DNA of 64,000 bases from Candidatus Bathyarchaeota archaeon (GCA_026014815.1 JAOZHP010000110.1:1047-65046), one strand, 5' to 3'; counted from the first letter of the stretch, positions 48,635 through 58,962 are shown. The notes: a model not told the origin generated them from the letters alone. Program-made: numbers and translations.

Positions 48635-49426
48635 TCACCTTGTCAGTGTTGTACCAATTACTTTTTCCCCGCGGAGAGCAGCTTGGACACGGCCGGGCTC
48701 ACAAGCGTTAAGGAGAATCACGTCCACACCAGCTTTCGCTGCCTCCGAGACCTCCATGATTTTCCCCAGCATTCCACCTGTTACGTCGGTGCTCAATGCC
48801 TCCCCGATCTTAACTTTCCCTGTGACATCGCTAATAGGAAGGACTCTCAGAAGCTCCGCGGTTTCCACGAGCTTCGGGTCAGCAGTATAGACACCGTCCA
48901 CATCGGACCCTAGGATGACTCTTTTAGCATCCAGATATTTCGCCAGTTTAACGATCAGCTGATCCCCTGAGAGTATAGCGAATCGTTGATGAGAGTCCAG
49001 CACAGCGTCCCCATAGAGTACAGGAACCATCCCAGAGTCAAGCAACTTGATAACGATACTCAGGTCTAAGGTGGTGATTCGCTTCTTCTCGGTGACAATA
49101 AAAGATGAGGGAGATACGCTGAATGCAGGGACTCCTGCCGCCAGTAACGCGTCAACGATTATATGGTTGAGTTGAATCATAGCCTGATGAGTCTTGGAGA
49201 ACCCAAGTATCTGATCAGGGCTCTTGTAACCTTCATTGATGCTGAATTTCTTTGCCACAGGATGACCATAACTCCCGCCGCCATGAACTATAACCAGTGA
49301 CTGCGGTGCCGAGGCTGCTATCTCTCTTGCTAGCCTCTCGATGTTCTCGGTGTGGGGCTTGAATGGCTGGTCTTTGTCGGTGACCACGCTTCCCCCTAGC
49401 TTAAGAATCTGCATTCTTTTCCTCAA
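48635..49426 (-). CDS. ipk: Isopentenyl phosphate kinase
   Basis: Amino-acid-kinase fold; ILKLGGSVVTDK N-terminus and HGGGSYGH. Confidence 0.85.
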   Translation of the reverse strand: MRKRMQILKLGGSVVTDKDQPFKPHTENIERLAREIAASAPQSLVIVHGGGSYGHPVAKKFSINEGYKSPDQILGFSKTHQAMIQLNHIIVDALLAAGVPAFSVSPSSFIVTEKKRITTLDLSIVIKLLDSGMVPVLYGDAVLDSHQRFAILSGDQLIVKLAKYLDAKRVILGSDVDGVYTADPKLVETAELLRVLPISDVTGKVKIGEALSTDVTGGMLGKIMEVSEAAKAGVDVILLNACEPGRVQAALRGEKVIGTTLTR

Positions 49427-50402
49427 TCCTTCTGCTTTCGACGCCTCGATCCGTTAGGGAAACTCGGTATGAGTCGCTCTTTCGTCGCCTGATAGCGCGC
49501 TCAACTTCCGCTAGCTCTGTCTCCTCAGCCAGTGCTATCATGCATCCGCCTCCGCCGGCTCCTGTTAGTTTTGCTCCCAGCGCACCGTTGGCTCTCGCTG
49601 TGTGGCATAGTGTCTCCAGCTTCATTGTGGAGACGCCTATAGAGGACAGGAGCCCGTGGTTAATGTTCATCAGGTCCCCAAGTCGCTTAAGATCCTTTTT
49701 CAGTAACGCGTCAAGTCCCTCCGACGCAATGGAGCCCATGACGTCTATCACGTTATCCATGAGTGCCGGGTTCCTCTCCCTGAGTACAGCAACAGTCTCC
49801 ACCATCTTCTTTGTGGACCGCTTCTTTCTTGTGTTCCCAATGATGAAAGGGATACTCCCCTCGATCTGGTGGTGGTTGAAGCCCTTGCCACGTTCATAAC
49901 TCATGACTCCACCAAAGGTACTGACATTGTTATCCACGCCACTGGGTTTACCATGGATAATCGTCTCACCCTCAAATGCAATATTTGAGATCTCCTCTTT
50001 ACTGAGGTCGCCGTCGAAGAGGCGTTGAACCGCACCTACGGTAGCTACATTAACAGCGGCTGAGCTACCGAGACCCACAGCGATGGGAATCATGGACCTG
50101 ACCTTCAGATTCACACCGCTCTCCACATCAAGACGCTCCATTGTCTTCCGCGTCGACATGTTAAGTGCAGCCAGGTTACGTCCACGCCAAGCCTTACCAC
50201 GAACTGCGTGATACTCGTCGCCCTCAAAGTACCCAGAGAATCCTAGGTTGTCGGCGTCGATGTAGACTTTCTCGTCGTCACGTTTCCCAGCGATTACCTT
50301 TGCCCTACGGTCTATCGCGAGGACCACGGCTGGGCCTCGGTAGACTACGCTGTGCTCCCCGAAAAGAATCATTTTTCCTGGTGCTGTCGCCTCTCCTAGC
50401 AT
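49401..50402 (-). CDS. mvk: Mevalonate kinase
   Basis: GHMP kinase motifs (GKMILFGEHSVV, GLGSSAA). Confidence 0.85.
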   Translation of the reverse strand: MLGEATAPGKMILFGEHSVVYRGPAVVLAIDRRAKVIAGKRDDEKVYIDADNLGFSGYFEGDEYHAVRGKAWRGRNLAALNMSTRKTMERLDVESGVNLKVRSMIPIAVGLGSSAAVNVATVGAVQRLFDGDLSKEEISNIAFEGETIIHGKPSGVDNNVSTFGGVMSYERGKGFNHHQIEGSIPFIIGNTRKKRSTKKMVETVAVLRERNPALMDNVIDVMGSIASEGLDALLKKDLKRLGDLMNINHGLLSSIGVSTMKLETLCHTARANGALGAKLTGAGGGGCMIALAEETELAEVERAIRRRKSDSYRVSLTDRGVESRRIEEKNADS

Positions 50403-50411
50403 TGTGGTCCC

Positions 50412-51254
50412 TTACTTTGTTACCATGGCTGCGGCGTACCCCACGACCGCACCATAGTCTCCTATAATATCACCACTGGTATAGTAAGAAAGTAACTCTG
50501 ATCCTGCGGCTCCAGCCAGCTTTGAAGCCACCAAAGCGACGGAAACTGGGCCATAACCACACATAGATATCCTGTTTTCTTGCACAACTCTCTGGAGTTT
50601 TCTCTCGTCCATCTCTAGTATCGCGTCGATGACCATCCTGTCCTTCCTGTTCGTTGATTCTTGAGGCTCTTGATGAGACAGGTCGGTCGACGCGATTATC
50701 ACTGTGTTCTTGCCTTGGGTGGCCTTATGCAAGGCTTCTCCTAGAATTGTGCTTGTCTCTAGGTCTTGGTTGCCCATGGATATGGGTACGAGCTTGAAGT
50801 CACCGTAGATGTATTGGAGAAATGGCACATGAACCTCATGGTTGTGCTCCCGTATGAACGCGGTCTCATCGTACTGTATGATATCAGAGTTGTCAGCTAT
50901 CGCTTTGGCGAGGTCACTGTCCAGCTCTACGCTGCCTAGAGGCGTCTCCCAGGCTCCTTCACCCATCATTGAGATGCGGGTGCCCCACCCTGTATGGTTT
51001 GGCCCTAGGATGATTACGGTGTCTGGTTTCTTCTGCTCTGCGAGCGCCAAGTAGCAGTGAGCAGCTCCCGCGCCCGAGTAAACATATCCAGCGTGAGGGC
51101 ATATCGCTGCTAGAATGTTTCTCTCGTCACTGGGTTCAGCGGGTAGTCTCCCTGGACCTAATTTATGCTGAAAACAAGTTACGATCATGGCTTTAAGACG
51201 TTCAGGCTGCGCGGGGTAGAAAGTCCCTGCAACGGCTGGACGCCTGACAGTCAT
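50412..51254 (-). CDS. MEMO1/AmmeMemoRadiSam system protein B family
   Basis: Family pattern with conserved synteny beside mvk. Confidence 0.7.
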   Translation of the reverse strand: MTVRRPAVAGTFYPAQPERLKAMIVTCFQHKLGPGRLPAEPSDERNILAAICPHAGYVYSGAGAAHCYLALAEQKKPDTVIILGPNHTGWGTRISMMGEGAWETPLGSVELDSDLAKAIADNSDIIQYDETAFIREHNHEVHVPFLQYIYGDFKLVPISMGNQDLETSTILGEALHKATQGKNTVIIASTDLSHQEPQESTNRKDRMVIDAILEMDERKLQRVVQENRISMCGYGPVSVALVASKLAGAAGSELLSYYTSGDIIGDYGAVVGYAAAMVTK

Positions 51255-51262
51255 GATCTCAC

Positions 51263-51874
51263 CTAAAGGGTTGTCTCGAAGTCCTCGATGGATGCCCCGA
51301 ACTCTCCGCTAGTTGGGAGGGTGCCTTTCTCTCTGAGAATCTCTCTGGTCAGGAGCCAGTAGACGATTGCGAGGCTTCTGCGGCCCTTGTTGTTGACGGG
51401 GATCACTAGGTCCACGTCATTGAGGCTATTGTCCGTGCTGCATAGAGCGATTACGGGTACACCGATCTGTCCTGCTTCTTCTACTATCTGCTGGTCTGCG
51501 AGACTGTCCGTCACTATTACAGCTACAGGCTCGAAGAAGTCGGCGTACACAGGGTTCGTGAAGGTTCCGCTGGTGAACCTACCTACATATGATTTGCATC
51601 CTAGTACGTCGCAGAACTTTTCGACGGGGTTTCTTCCATATCTCTTGCTGCTGGCTACAACGATCTTGCTGATGTCCATTCTTGAGATGAACTTGGCTGT
51701 GATCTTTACGCGCTCGTTCATCTGCTCCATGTCGAGGACGAACAATCCGTCTGGCCTTACCTTGTAGATGAAGGGCTCCATGTCCTTGGTCTTGATGCGT
51801 GTCCCGATGTGGACGCCGGCGCTGAGCAGAACTTCCTGTGGTAGGAGTAAGTTATCGTTTACTTCGATTTCCAT
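51263..51874 (-). CDS. rps2: Ribosomal protein S2
   Basis: 203 aa, S2 family pattern. Confidence 0.9.
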   Translation of the reverse strand: MEIEVNDNLLLPQEVLLSAGVHIGTRIKTKDMEPFIYKVRPDGLFVLDMEQMNERVKITAKFISRMDISKIVVASSKRYGRNPVEKFCDVLGCKSYVGRFTSGTFTNPVYADFFEPVAVIVTDSLADQQIVEEAGQIGVPVIALCSTDNSLNDVDLVIPVNNKGRRSLAIVYWLLTREILREKGTLPTSGEFGASIEDFETTL

Positions 51875-52104
51875 TATGAATTACCTCCCCTAAGATCGGG
51901 GCTTTCTCTCTCCTCGTGGAACTTTATTACATCATCAATTATCTCTACATGCGATAGGAGCATTCTTCTGCAACAGTACCTGGAAATACCCAAGCTGTCG
52001 AGTACCTCGCCGGGTTTCTCCCCAGCCTCGACGCGTTTATTGAAGTCCTCCCATTTATCGCCTACGACCTTCCCACACGAGAAGCACCGAACAGGGATTA
52101 TCAT
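51874..52104 (-). CDS. rpoN: DNA-directed RNA polymerase subunit N (Rpo10)
   Basis: [13 protein letters not shown]...CCRRML zinc motif. Confidence 0.85.
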   Translation of the reverse strand: MIIPVRCFSCGKVVGDKWEDFNKRVEAGEKPGEVLDSLGISRYCCRRMLLSHVEIIDDVIKFHEERESPDLRGGNS

Positions 52105-52233
52105 ACATTTTTCGCCTATTTTGATTGTTTCGCACAGTATCAGCTTATGCTAACCCGTACGTTCTACCACCTTCAAACCTAGGAGCCTATTTAAAAATAC
52201 TTCTTATTTGAGAAGGATGCTTATTTCTAGTTT

Positions 52234-52965
52234 TCAGCCACCTGAAAAGTAAGTTAGCGTTGAGTTGTAATCAGGGTCACACCCTACCATGTCCATCGTG
52301 TACCTCACCGAGTCTGAGACGTTGAGCCCGTCGCTTACATGCGCCGTTAAGAAGCAGAGGAAGGCATCATCTGTATGGTCTAGGGAGACCGGGCCGTCCC
52401 AACTCACATATGCCTTGGCTTCGTTATCGGTGAATGCACGGGCGAAGTCATCTGTAGAGAGGCCGTCACATCCCATCACAAGTATGGTAGATTCCTTGAA
52501 CATGTTGTTCATGAAGTGGCGTACAAAGTCAGAGCCCACTGCGAATAGGTGATCTGAGGATAGGCTTGGTCGTGCAGGGTGAACCTCGTCTGCGAGTTGC
52601 TCAAGGATGTATTTGTCGCTGCTCGCAGTCTCTCCTGTGAATACCCATACCATGCCGTTGTTCACTGTGCTGTGCACTCGCAGTAGCCATACTTTGTAGT
52701 GATTCTTGTTCCGGCGCAGAAGTTCAACGGTCACGTCCTCACCGATATACGAATCTACACGGTATCCTTTCTCTTCAAATAACGCTATTATCTCGTCGTG
52801 GTACCCTGGGTCTTGCGGGTACAATGGATCAAGGAAGATAACGGCTTTATTGACTTCCCGGTTATCCTTGGTCACGACGTCAAGGTAAGATACTGCTATC
52901 AGGAAAGCCATGAAGACAAGAAATATTTTCCATGACCCCCATGTACGCCTGTTCCTCTGGGCCAA
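52234..52965 (-). CDS. Hypothetical membrane-anchored or secreted protein
   Basis: N-terminal TM/signal anchor; no recognised domain. Confidence 0.35.
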   Translation of the reverse strand: MAQRNRRTWGSWKIFLVFMAFLIAVSYLDVVTKDNREVNKAVIFLDPLYPQDPGYHDEIIALFEEKGYRVDSYIGEDVTVELLRRNKNHYKVWLLRVHSTVNNGMVWVFTGETASSDKYILEQLADEVHPARPSLSSDHLFAVGSDFVRHFMNNMFKESTILVMGCDGLSTDDFARAFTDNEAKAYVSWDGPVSLDHTDDAFLCFLTAHVSDGLNVSDSVRYTMDMVGCDPDYNSTLTYFSGG

Positions 52966-53077
52966 AACAGTTCAGAGTCTAACAGTCTCGATCAAGGGTT
53001 CAATGTAATGTGCACACATAATCATCTATACGGTCATACTAACGCAATAATTTGGAGAGAATACTAAAAATGCAGGG

Positions 53078-53413
53078 TTACTCCAAGATTTTCACGTTGA
53101 CAGGTCTACCCTTCTCGAAGACAATGCTGAGGCTAGTGAACAAGGTCTCGAAGATGCGTATCTTGCCGTACCGTTTCTCCCTTAGGAGCCCCAGCTCCTT
53201 TAGTTTCATGAGGTGTCGCTCTACGCTGCTGTAGTTGAGTCCAGTGCGTCTGCCTACCTCACTGATATTGAGTTCAGTGCTCTCCGCAAGCACTTGGAGG
53301 ACCCTGATCCTGCCCCTGCTGCCGAGGATCTCCTCTGCCCTTCGGTCGGGTCGTAGCCTACTCAAGGATCTCCACCACCGCGTTCTCCAGTTCTTCGGCT
53401 GGCACCTTCTCAA
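53078..53413 (-). CDS. ArsR-like winged-helix transcriptional regulator. Start is uncertain because the track ORF overlaps the cdc6 3' end.
   Basis: HTH motif ISEVGRRTGLNYSSVERHLMKLKELGLL. Confidence 0.5.
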   Translation of the reverse strand: MRRCQPKNWRTRWWRSLSRLRPDRRAEEILGSRGRIRVLQVLAESTELNISEVGRRTGLNYSSVERHLMKLKELGLLREKRYGKIRIFETLFTSLSIVFEKGRPVNVKILE

Positions 53414-54656
53414 GGCTTATGAGCTGGGTTCGTCCCTGGCTGGATGCCTGAAGCTTTATCTTGACGAAGTCCAAGCTGCTAAGGTTCTTGAGGTACTTCC
53501 AGTACTGGGTGTGCCCCCGTGGTTTCTCGCCTCGCTCCTCACAGACCAGATGGTAGCTGTTCTCTATCTCGCCTGTAGTGGCCTGGGTCACGGTGCTTGA
53601 CTTGAAAAACCGTGCCACAGCTAGGAGTGTCAGCTGCTCGTGGAGGTTTAGCTGCCCCACGGCCTCCCTGTCCAGAACGGGGAAGAGACCTACGGCTACC
53701 TTCCGCACGTGCTCTGGTTGAACCTGCTGGGACCCAACGGCGTTAGCGTTGGCACCTGCCCCGTGGAGAAGGTCTATAGCGTATCTTGCGTCGCTGCGTT
53801 CCTTGACGGCAAGCTCAGAGATGAAGTCCACGATCTCGAGGGGCACCGCGTCCTTCCTGAACGCCCGCTCCACACGGTATAGTAGAATGTCTGTAAGTTG
53901 TCCTCTGTTGTATTCAGGCATCCTGATGACGTTGCGTTGGAGGCTGCTGAGGGTGCTCCTGTCTAGTTTCCTGAAGACCTCGGGGTCCTTGCTGATGCAG
54001 ATGAGGCTTAGCCGCTTGGGTGCCTCAGGCTCAGCCTCGTGGAACCTAGTGAGGTAGTAGAGGGCATCGCTGCCCTCTTTGTCTATTAGTACGTTCACCT
54101 CGTCCAGTGAGAGAAGTATCTGGGCGTTGTCCTCATTCATTATCTGTCTCAGGATCTCCATGAGCTCGTTGGCCGCGTAGCCACGCTCAGGGAACTCTGG
54201 TCTAAGCCGTTTTACTATTCGGCTGAGGATCATGAATAGGCTGCCACGGAGCTCACGGCAGTTCAGGTGGATATATTTGAGGTTCCTCCTTCCCCGGGTG
54301 GCTCGCTCCTCTAGGCGTTTCCCGTAGTACTGGCTCAGGAGGGTTTTTCCGCTTCCGACGCCACCCACTATAACTGCTTTCTGGCTCATCTCGTATGGCG
54401 CGGTCACAAGGTTGTCGAATAGGGTCTCCAGCATCCTGTACTCGGCGTCTCTGTGGAGAATCCTTTCAGGCATGTAGCTGATTTCGAGGATAGCCTCGTC
54501 TGTGAATACATTTCGATGAGCCAATCTAACCCCTGTCTGATTCTCAGTGGTTATACATTTATGCATTTCGTCTGTTCTAACAAACAAAAAGCGGGGGGGT
54601 GAGTGAAAGTGGCTAAGCTTGCTCCTCAAGCACACGGAACAACTCGTCTTGGTCAA
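53358..54656 (-). CDS. cdc6: Orc1/Cdc6 replication initiator. True start is probably an internal Met around 54566.
   Basis: AAA+ Walker A GGVGSGKT, Walker B LDEVN and a C-terminal winged helix. Confidence 0.85.
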   Translation of the reverse strand: MTKTSCSVCLRSKLSHFHSPPRFLFVRTDEMHKCITTENQTGVRLAHRNVFTDEAILEISYMPERILHRDAEYRMLETLFDNLVTAPYEMSQKAVIVGGVGSGKTLLSQYYGKRLEERATRGRRNLKYIHLNCRELRGSLFMILSRIVKRLRPEFPERGYAANELMEILRQIMNEDNAQILLSLDEVNVLIDKEGSDALYYLTRFHEAEPEAPKRLSLICISKDPEVFRKLDRSTLSSLQRNVIRMPEYNRGQLTDILLYRVERAFRKDAVPLEIVDFISELAVKERSDARYAIDLLHGAGANANAVGSQQVQPEHVRKVAVGLFPVLDREAVGQLNLHEQLTLLAVARFFKSSTVTQATTGEIENSYHLVCEERGEKPRGHTQYWKYLKNLSSLDFVKIKLQASSQGRTQLISLEKVPAEELENAVVEILE

Positions 54657-55656
54657 CGGAGCCAGCGGACCTCACTTTGCCGTCGCCTTGAATTATCAGA
54701 TGTTCTTCTGGATCAGAACTAATCTCACCAATAATTCTTGCATCGACACCTATCTCGTTGATACCGGTAATAACTTTCTCAGCCATCCCGGGTTCAACAA
54801 CGATCAACAAGCTACCCGAACTAAGCAATCTCAATGGATCGATGCCTAACGCCTCGCATATCTGACTGGTCTCATCTGAGATGAGAAGCTTGTCTTCGTT
54901 GAGCTTGAAACCCAGCCCTGAAGCCTCAGATATCTCAAGGAGCCCGTTCAGTACTCCACCCTCGGTGGGTGTGTGAATGCTATTTACTCCACCGATGCTG
55001 CATGCCTTTAACGCCTCAGGAACAACGCTTATCATATCTAGCATCTTTGAGGCACGTTCTAGAGTGGCGTCGTCAACTCTTCCTTGAAGTCGGGTCTTGA
55101 GGTCCTCTGCCAATATGCCTGTGCCTTCGATGGCTACACCCTTCGTGAGGATGATCTTGTCACCGGTTTTTGCCCCTCCTGTAGTGATGCATCTCTCCTT
55201 GGATACTTCCCCTAACATGAAACCAGATACAATGGGCTTGGTCAAGCCAAGGGCTACCTCGGTATGCCCCCCGATAATACTCACCCCGAGTTCCATGCAT
55301 GCCTCATGCATCTCTACCATGATGGTCTCCAACAAGCTCTCATCTGATCCCTCGGGAAGAAGGATGACGCTGAGGAACCACTTGGGTTCGGCGCCTCTCA
55401 CAGCCACATCATTGGCGTTGATATGTACTGTGAGCCATCCTATCCTTGACTCGGCGCCAGTGATTGGGTTGGCTTTAGCTATCAGGATACGATCGTCCAT
55501 ATCTATGAGTGCAGCGTCTTCGCCTACGTGAGGCCCTTTCAGTACTCTATCCGAAGGAGCGCCAAGATGCGTGAATACAAGGCGTTTCAAGACATCTTTG
55601 GGTACTTTTCCAGTAGGAAGACGAGTTAGCTTAGGCATAGCTACCAGCATGATCAA
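54613..55656 (-). CDS. PurM-like (AIR synthase-related) protein, possibly thiamine-monophosphate kinase-like
   Basis: GEDAA...D and GWLTVHINANDVAVRGAEP PurM N-domain patterns. Confidence 0.5.
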   Translation of the reverse strand: MIMLVAMPKLTRLPTGKVPKDVLKRLVFTHLGAPSDRVLKGPHVGEDAALIDMDDRILIAKANPITGAESRIGWLTVHINANDVAVRGAEPKWFLSVILLPEGSDESLLETIMVEMHEACMELGVSIIGGHTEVALGLTKPIVSGFMLGEVSKERCITTGGAKTGDKIILTKGVAIEGTGILAEDLKTRLQGRVDDATLERASKMLDMISVVPEALKACSIGGVNSIHTPTEGGVLNGLLEISEASGLGFKLNEDKLLISDETSQICEALGIDPLRLLSSGSLLIVVEPGMAEKVITGINEIGVDARIIGEISSDPEEHLIIQGDGKVRSAGSVDQDELFRVLEEQA

Positions 55657-55675
55657 TGCTGTACAGGATTTAGGT

Positions 55676-56599
55676 TTATCCGGTTCCTTTGATGCAAGTT
55701 ACCCCCATGACCACGGGGTGATACTCCATCCCATGGAAACCTACCTCACTTAAACGGTTCATGACTCCCTGCTGTAGCCTGACACCCCGATACTTAGAAC
55801 GAGGCTCACCTGTATAATGAAACAACGAGCCACCCGGCTTCAATACTTTGAAAAGTTTCTCATAGAACTCTTTTCCGTACAAGTTCCCTGCCTTTCTATG
55901 GCGAGGAGGGTCATGGATCACGTAGTCAAAAAACTCGTCTGGTAAACCATTAATGACGGTGAAACTATCTCCGAGCATCTTGTGTATCGCTTGATTTGAG
56001 AACAAATCACTGGACCACGGGTTCATCTGGGCTATTCTAAAAACGGATGGCTCTATTTCAATTGTCACAATGACCTCGGCTCCATTGTTCAACGCTTCTA
56101 TTGAGGTGTATCCGAGTCCCATGCAGGTATCCAGAACCTTTCCCCCGTGTAATCCAATGATCTGAAGCTTGGTCTGGGTGTCAATATCAGGCGTTGTATC
56201 TTTTGTCCTATGCATCCTGATTCCGTCTATCTCCAAGGTTGGAGCACCGGCGGTTGGCACAAGTTTATAAAAATGTTTTCCCGCTACAGCGACCTGAAAA
56301 ACGCCTTCCTCTGATATGAAGAATGCTGCGTTCTTTTTTTGCGCCACTTTTCCGAGGGTTTCATGATCGATGAATTCTCCCGTTTCGAATATTACGCCTT
56401 GATTTGTCTGTTTTACGGTTGTTTCGGTTAATCCCAGGTCAGTGGATATTATTGTTTTTCCTTCTATTAGCGCGTTTGCCGTGTCCGCGGTGAGTATGGG
56501 CGGGAGTTTACGTGACATCTCTTGCTTTGTTTCATTCATTTCCCACGTATCTAAAGGTTTTCGAGGGGAAAGACAGTGTAGAGACGGCTTTCTATTCAT
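55676..56599 (-). CDS. Class I SAM-dependent methyltransferase with a DPP motif
   Basis: VLDTCMGLGYTS (motif I) and VIHDPPRH (DPPx catalytic motif). Confidence 0.6.
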   Translation of the reverse strand: MNRKPSLHCLSPRKPLDTWEMNETKQEMSRKLPPILTADTANALIEGKTIISTDLGLTETTVKQTNQGVIFETGEFIDHETLGKVAQKKNAAFFISEEGVFQVAVAGKHFYKLVPTAGAPTLEIDGIRMHRTKDTTPDIDTQTKLQIIGLHGGKVLDTCMGLGYTSIEALNNGAEVIVTIEIEPSVFRIAQMNPWSSDLFSNQAIHKMLGDSFTVINGLPDEFFDYVIHDPPRHRKAGNLYGKEFYEKLFKVLKPGGSLFHYTGEPRSKYRGVRLQQGVMNRLSEVGFHGMEYHPVVMGVTCIKGTG

Positions 56600-56753
56600 G
56601 GGATTCCAGTGTTTGAGACTCCGATTTTTACCGGAAAAATGAATCTTCAGAACAGATTGTTAATACATATCGTACCTGTTAACTTGCATTATAGTATCTG
56701 AGTCATTTTAACTACGGACTATCAACTGGGAAAAGTGTTTTCGGAAGCCTTAT

Positions 56754-57056
56754 ATGGAGATTTTTTCCGTTTCCCACCGAATGCCAATGGCATCAGACGA
56801 TAAGCATAACGACCTCAAAAGCATCGTGAAGGACGTAATCGACCAGATCCTGCCTCCCAGCGAAGTCGAGCTGGAAACTATTAAGGCTGAGGTTTGGGGT
56901 GACCTTTCCGCTCTCTACTACAAGTACGAGGACGAGGAGCAGAAGAAAGCATTCAGAGAGGTCATGTACGATATTTGTGAGAGGATAAGTCAGGGGAAAT
57001 GGGAATCGGTGTACCGGAAGCTTTACCGTGTAGAGCAGAGGGAAAAGGTATTCTAG
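56754..57056 (+). CDS. Hypothetical protein
   Basis: ORF track only. Confidence 0.3.
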   Translation: MEIFSVSHRMPMASDDKHNDLKSIVKDVIDQILPPSEVELETIKAEVWGDLSALYYKYEDEEQKKAFREVMYDICERISQGKWESVYRKLYRVEQREKVF

Positions 57057-57841
57057 TCTCAGTTCGGGGATAACTTCCATTAACACTTATTCTGTCACTT
57101 GAATAGAGTCTTCTCGGTTACACATGTAAAGGTTTAAAAATTAATGAACATAGCTAACTACGGTAAGACTCGGGTATTTCATTGCGTTTCCCTACCATGA
57201 AACGAGTCTTACCACTTTTTCTCGGTAATTACTGAAGAATGATATGAGTAAATTAAGAAAGTGTAACCACAGAAAATATGGCGTATCATGATCCATGATA
57301 CCAGTGTTTAGTAAAAAACCGACTTAAGTTAGTAGATTGTTTTCCCATGGGGGTATAAGTTTGGATGTTATAATTCTATCATTATTTTTGAGTATAAAAA
57401 AAGGATAAGATGTCGAATGCAGAATAGGGCTCCTCCCCATCTACCTCAGCTTCTTGTTGCATCTTGGGCAACGAGCTGGTGGATTTATGATGAAGGTTCT
57501 CAGCCCTCTTGCAAACCACACATATCCGCACTTTGTACAGATCATAGTTCTGCTCCATTTGGGTAGTCTCATATTTTTCTACCACCACCAAGGGCTTGTA
57601 GCCCTAGACTTCCCAAACAGAGTACTATGATGTATCTATCTGTTAGAAACTACTACAAATAAAGATATCGTTTTCTCCGAATCGTCCTATTTAGATAGGA
57701 TTGTCGTATGGTCATTTTATAAGGAAGAAAGAGGATTTCAGGATAGGGCTTCCTGAAAGGTACTGCTCCTTGGAACCCAAGCTAAGACGGCTGGATACCG
57801 CCCTGCTTTGAGGAGCCTTGTACCACCCTATTCTCCTGTCC

Positions 57842-58507
57842 TCATTCCTCCTCGTCGTTCGAGTCTACTTTAATCTGTGATTTTAACAACTCAAGGAAAC
57901 CTTTTGCATATTCGACCCCTTCGATTGTGTAGGGTATTGTTTGGTTATATGGTCCAACTTGTATGTTGATTGACCATCCACCCGCACTTGGTGTGCGGGT
58001 TGGGGTCATTGCAGGTGTATTATCGGGGGCCATAACTGGTTCCTGTGTCTTAGGGAGATGATTTATATCGCCCAGATAGGCTCTCCGCACATTCTCGGCG
58101 TGTTTTTGAGCATCCAAGGGATCCAAACCTGTAATCTTCTGTAATTGCACCCAAAAATTACTTTCAGGTGGATCAGAACCAAAACGGCTATGAAGTTCTT
58201 TCCACAGTGGCACTTTTAAAATTGCATCGGTAATAGCTCTTTCTTTTTCTTCATCTGTGCCATAAGTAAGTGCCTCCGCTAACGATGTTAGTTGAAGGGC
58301 TCTAGGCTCCATTAAACCATATAATCTGAAATCTGCTTTCTTGTACTTCCAAGCACCACTATTAGGAGACTTATGACCACACAGTTGGGCGGCTGCGTCC
58401 TCATTCACAATCTCTTCTAATCTGTATGCTTCATAGAGTTGTTTTAACCAACCGTGCAACTTGGGAAATAGTCTCATTTCCGGTATCGAGTAGCTTCCTA
58501 CTTTCAT
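57842..58507 (-). CDS. Hypothetical protein
   Basis: ORF track only. Confidence 0.35.
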   Translation of the reverse strand: MKVGSYSIPEMRLFPKLHGWLKQLYEAYRLEEIVNEDAAAQLCGHKSPNSGAWKYKKADFRLYGLMEPRALQLTSLAEALTYGTDEEKERAITDAILKVPLWKELHSRFGSDPPESNFWVQLQKITGLDPLDAQKHAENVRRAYLGDINHLPKTQEPVMAPDNTPAMTPTRTPSAGGWSINIQVGPYNQTIPYTIEGVEYAKGFLELLKSQIKVDSNDEEE

Positions 58508-58820
58508 ACTATCACTACCAGTACGGTACGAGTATGGTACTGTGTACGATACTTAAAACGTTTTTGATCCGTTGACAGTAAATTGGTCAGATTTAGTTAA
58601 CAGACGATAAAGTTGAGGTCGTTTCAAGGGATGAGGATGACGGCTATGAAGAATCGAACCGCAAATGGTACACCTATACATACAGGAGCCTCCTCCCCAA
58701 GCGTGAGAATTCTAGGAAGTTTAAGGAGTCTGGCAAACTAGAATTACTATTTGGTTTAAGAAATTCTGCATAAAGTATATATTGTACTCATATGGTATCA
58801 GCCGTGGAGTGGAGGATCGA

Positions 58821-58891
58821 CCTCCTGGGGTGTAATGGTAGCACAACTGGCCGTGGACCAGTTAGAGTGGGTTCGATCCCCACCAATTTGA
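58821..58891 (+). tRNA. tRNA-like gene 1. D-arm GUGU/GCAC, anticodon stem ACUGG/CCAGU with loop CCGUGGA (GUG, His-like), T-arm GUGGGUUCGAUCCCCAC. The acceptor stem was not closed by hand folding.
   Basis: Canonical GGTTCGATCC T-loop and cloverleaf arms read directly from the sequence. Confidence 0.35.
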
Positions 58892-58962
58892 GCAGTGATA
58901 GCTTAATGGGAAAGCGCCGAGTTGAGTTCTCGGTGTCGGGGGTTCGATTCCCCCTCACTTTT
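58892..58962 (+). tRNA. tRNA-like gene 2. Acceptor GCAGUGA/UCACUUU with one mismatch, D-arm GCUU/AAGC, anticodon stem CCGAG/CUCGG with loop UUGAGUU (GAG), T-arm GGGGGUUCGAUUCCCCC.
   Basis: Hand fold. The anticodon and variable-arm type are inconsistent (GAG reads Leu but the variable arm is short), so identity is unresolved. Confidence 0.35.

Noticed and set aside
54570-54660. Replication origin immediately upstream of cdc6
   Set aside because: The intergenic space is nearly absent because the PurM-like gene abuts or overlaps the cdc6 start, and no ORB-like repeats are seen.
57382-57591. 69-aa ORF with a CxxC motif in the AT-rich gap
   Set aside because: Isolated, AT-rich, and lacking start context. 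Kept only as part of the intergenic-region finding.
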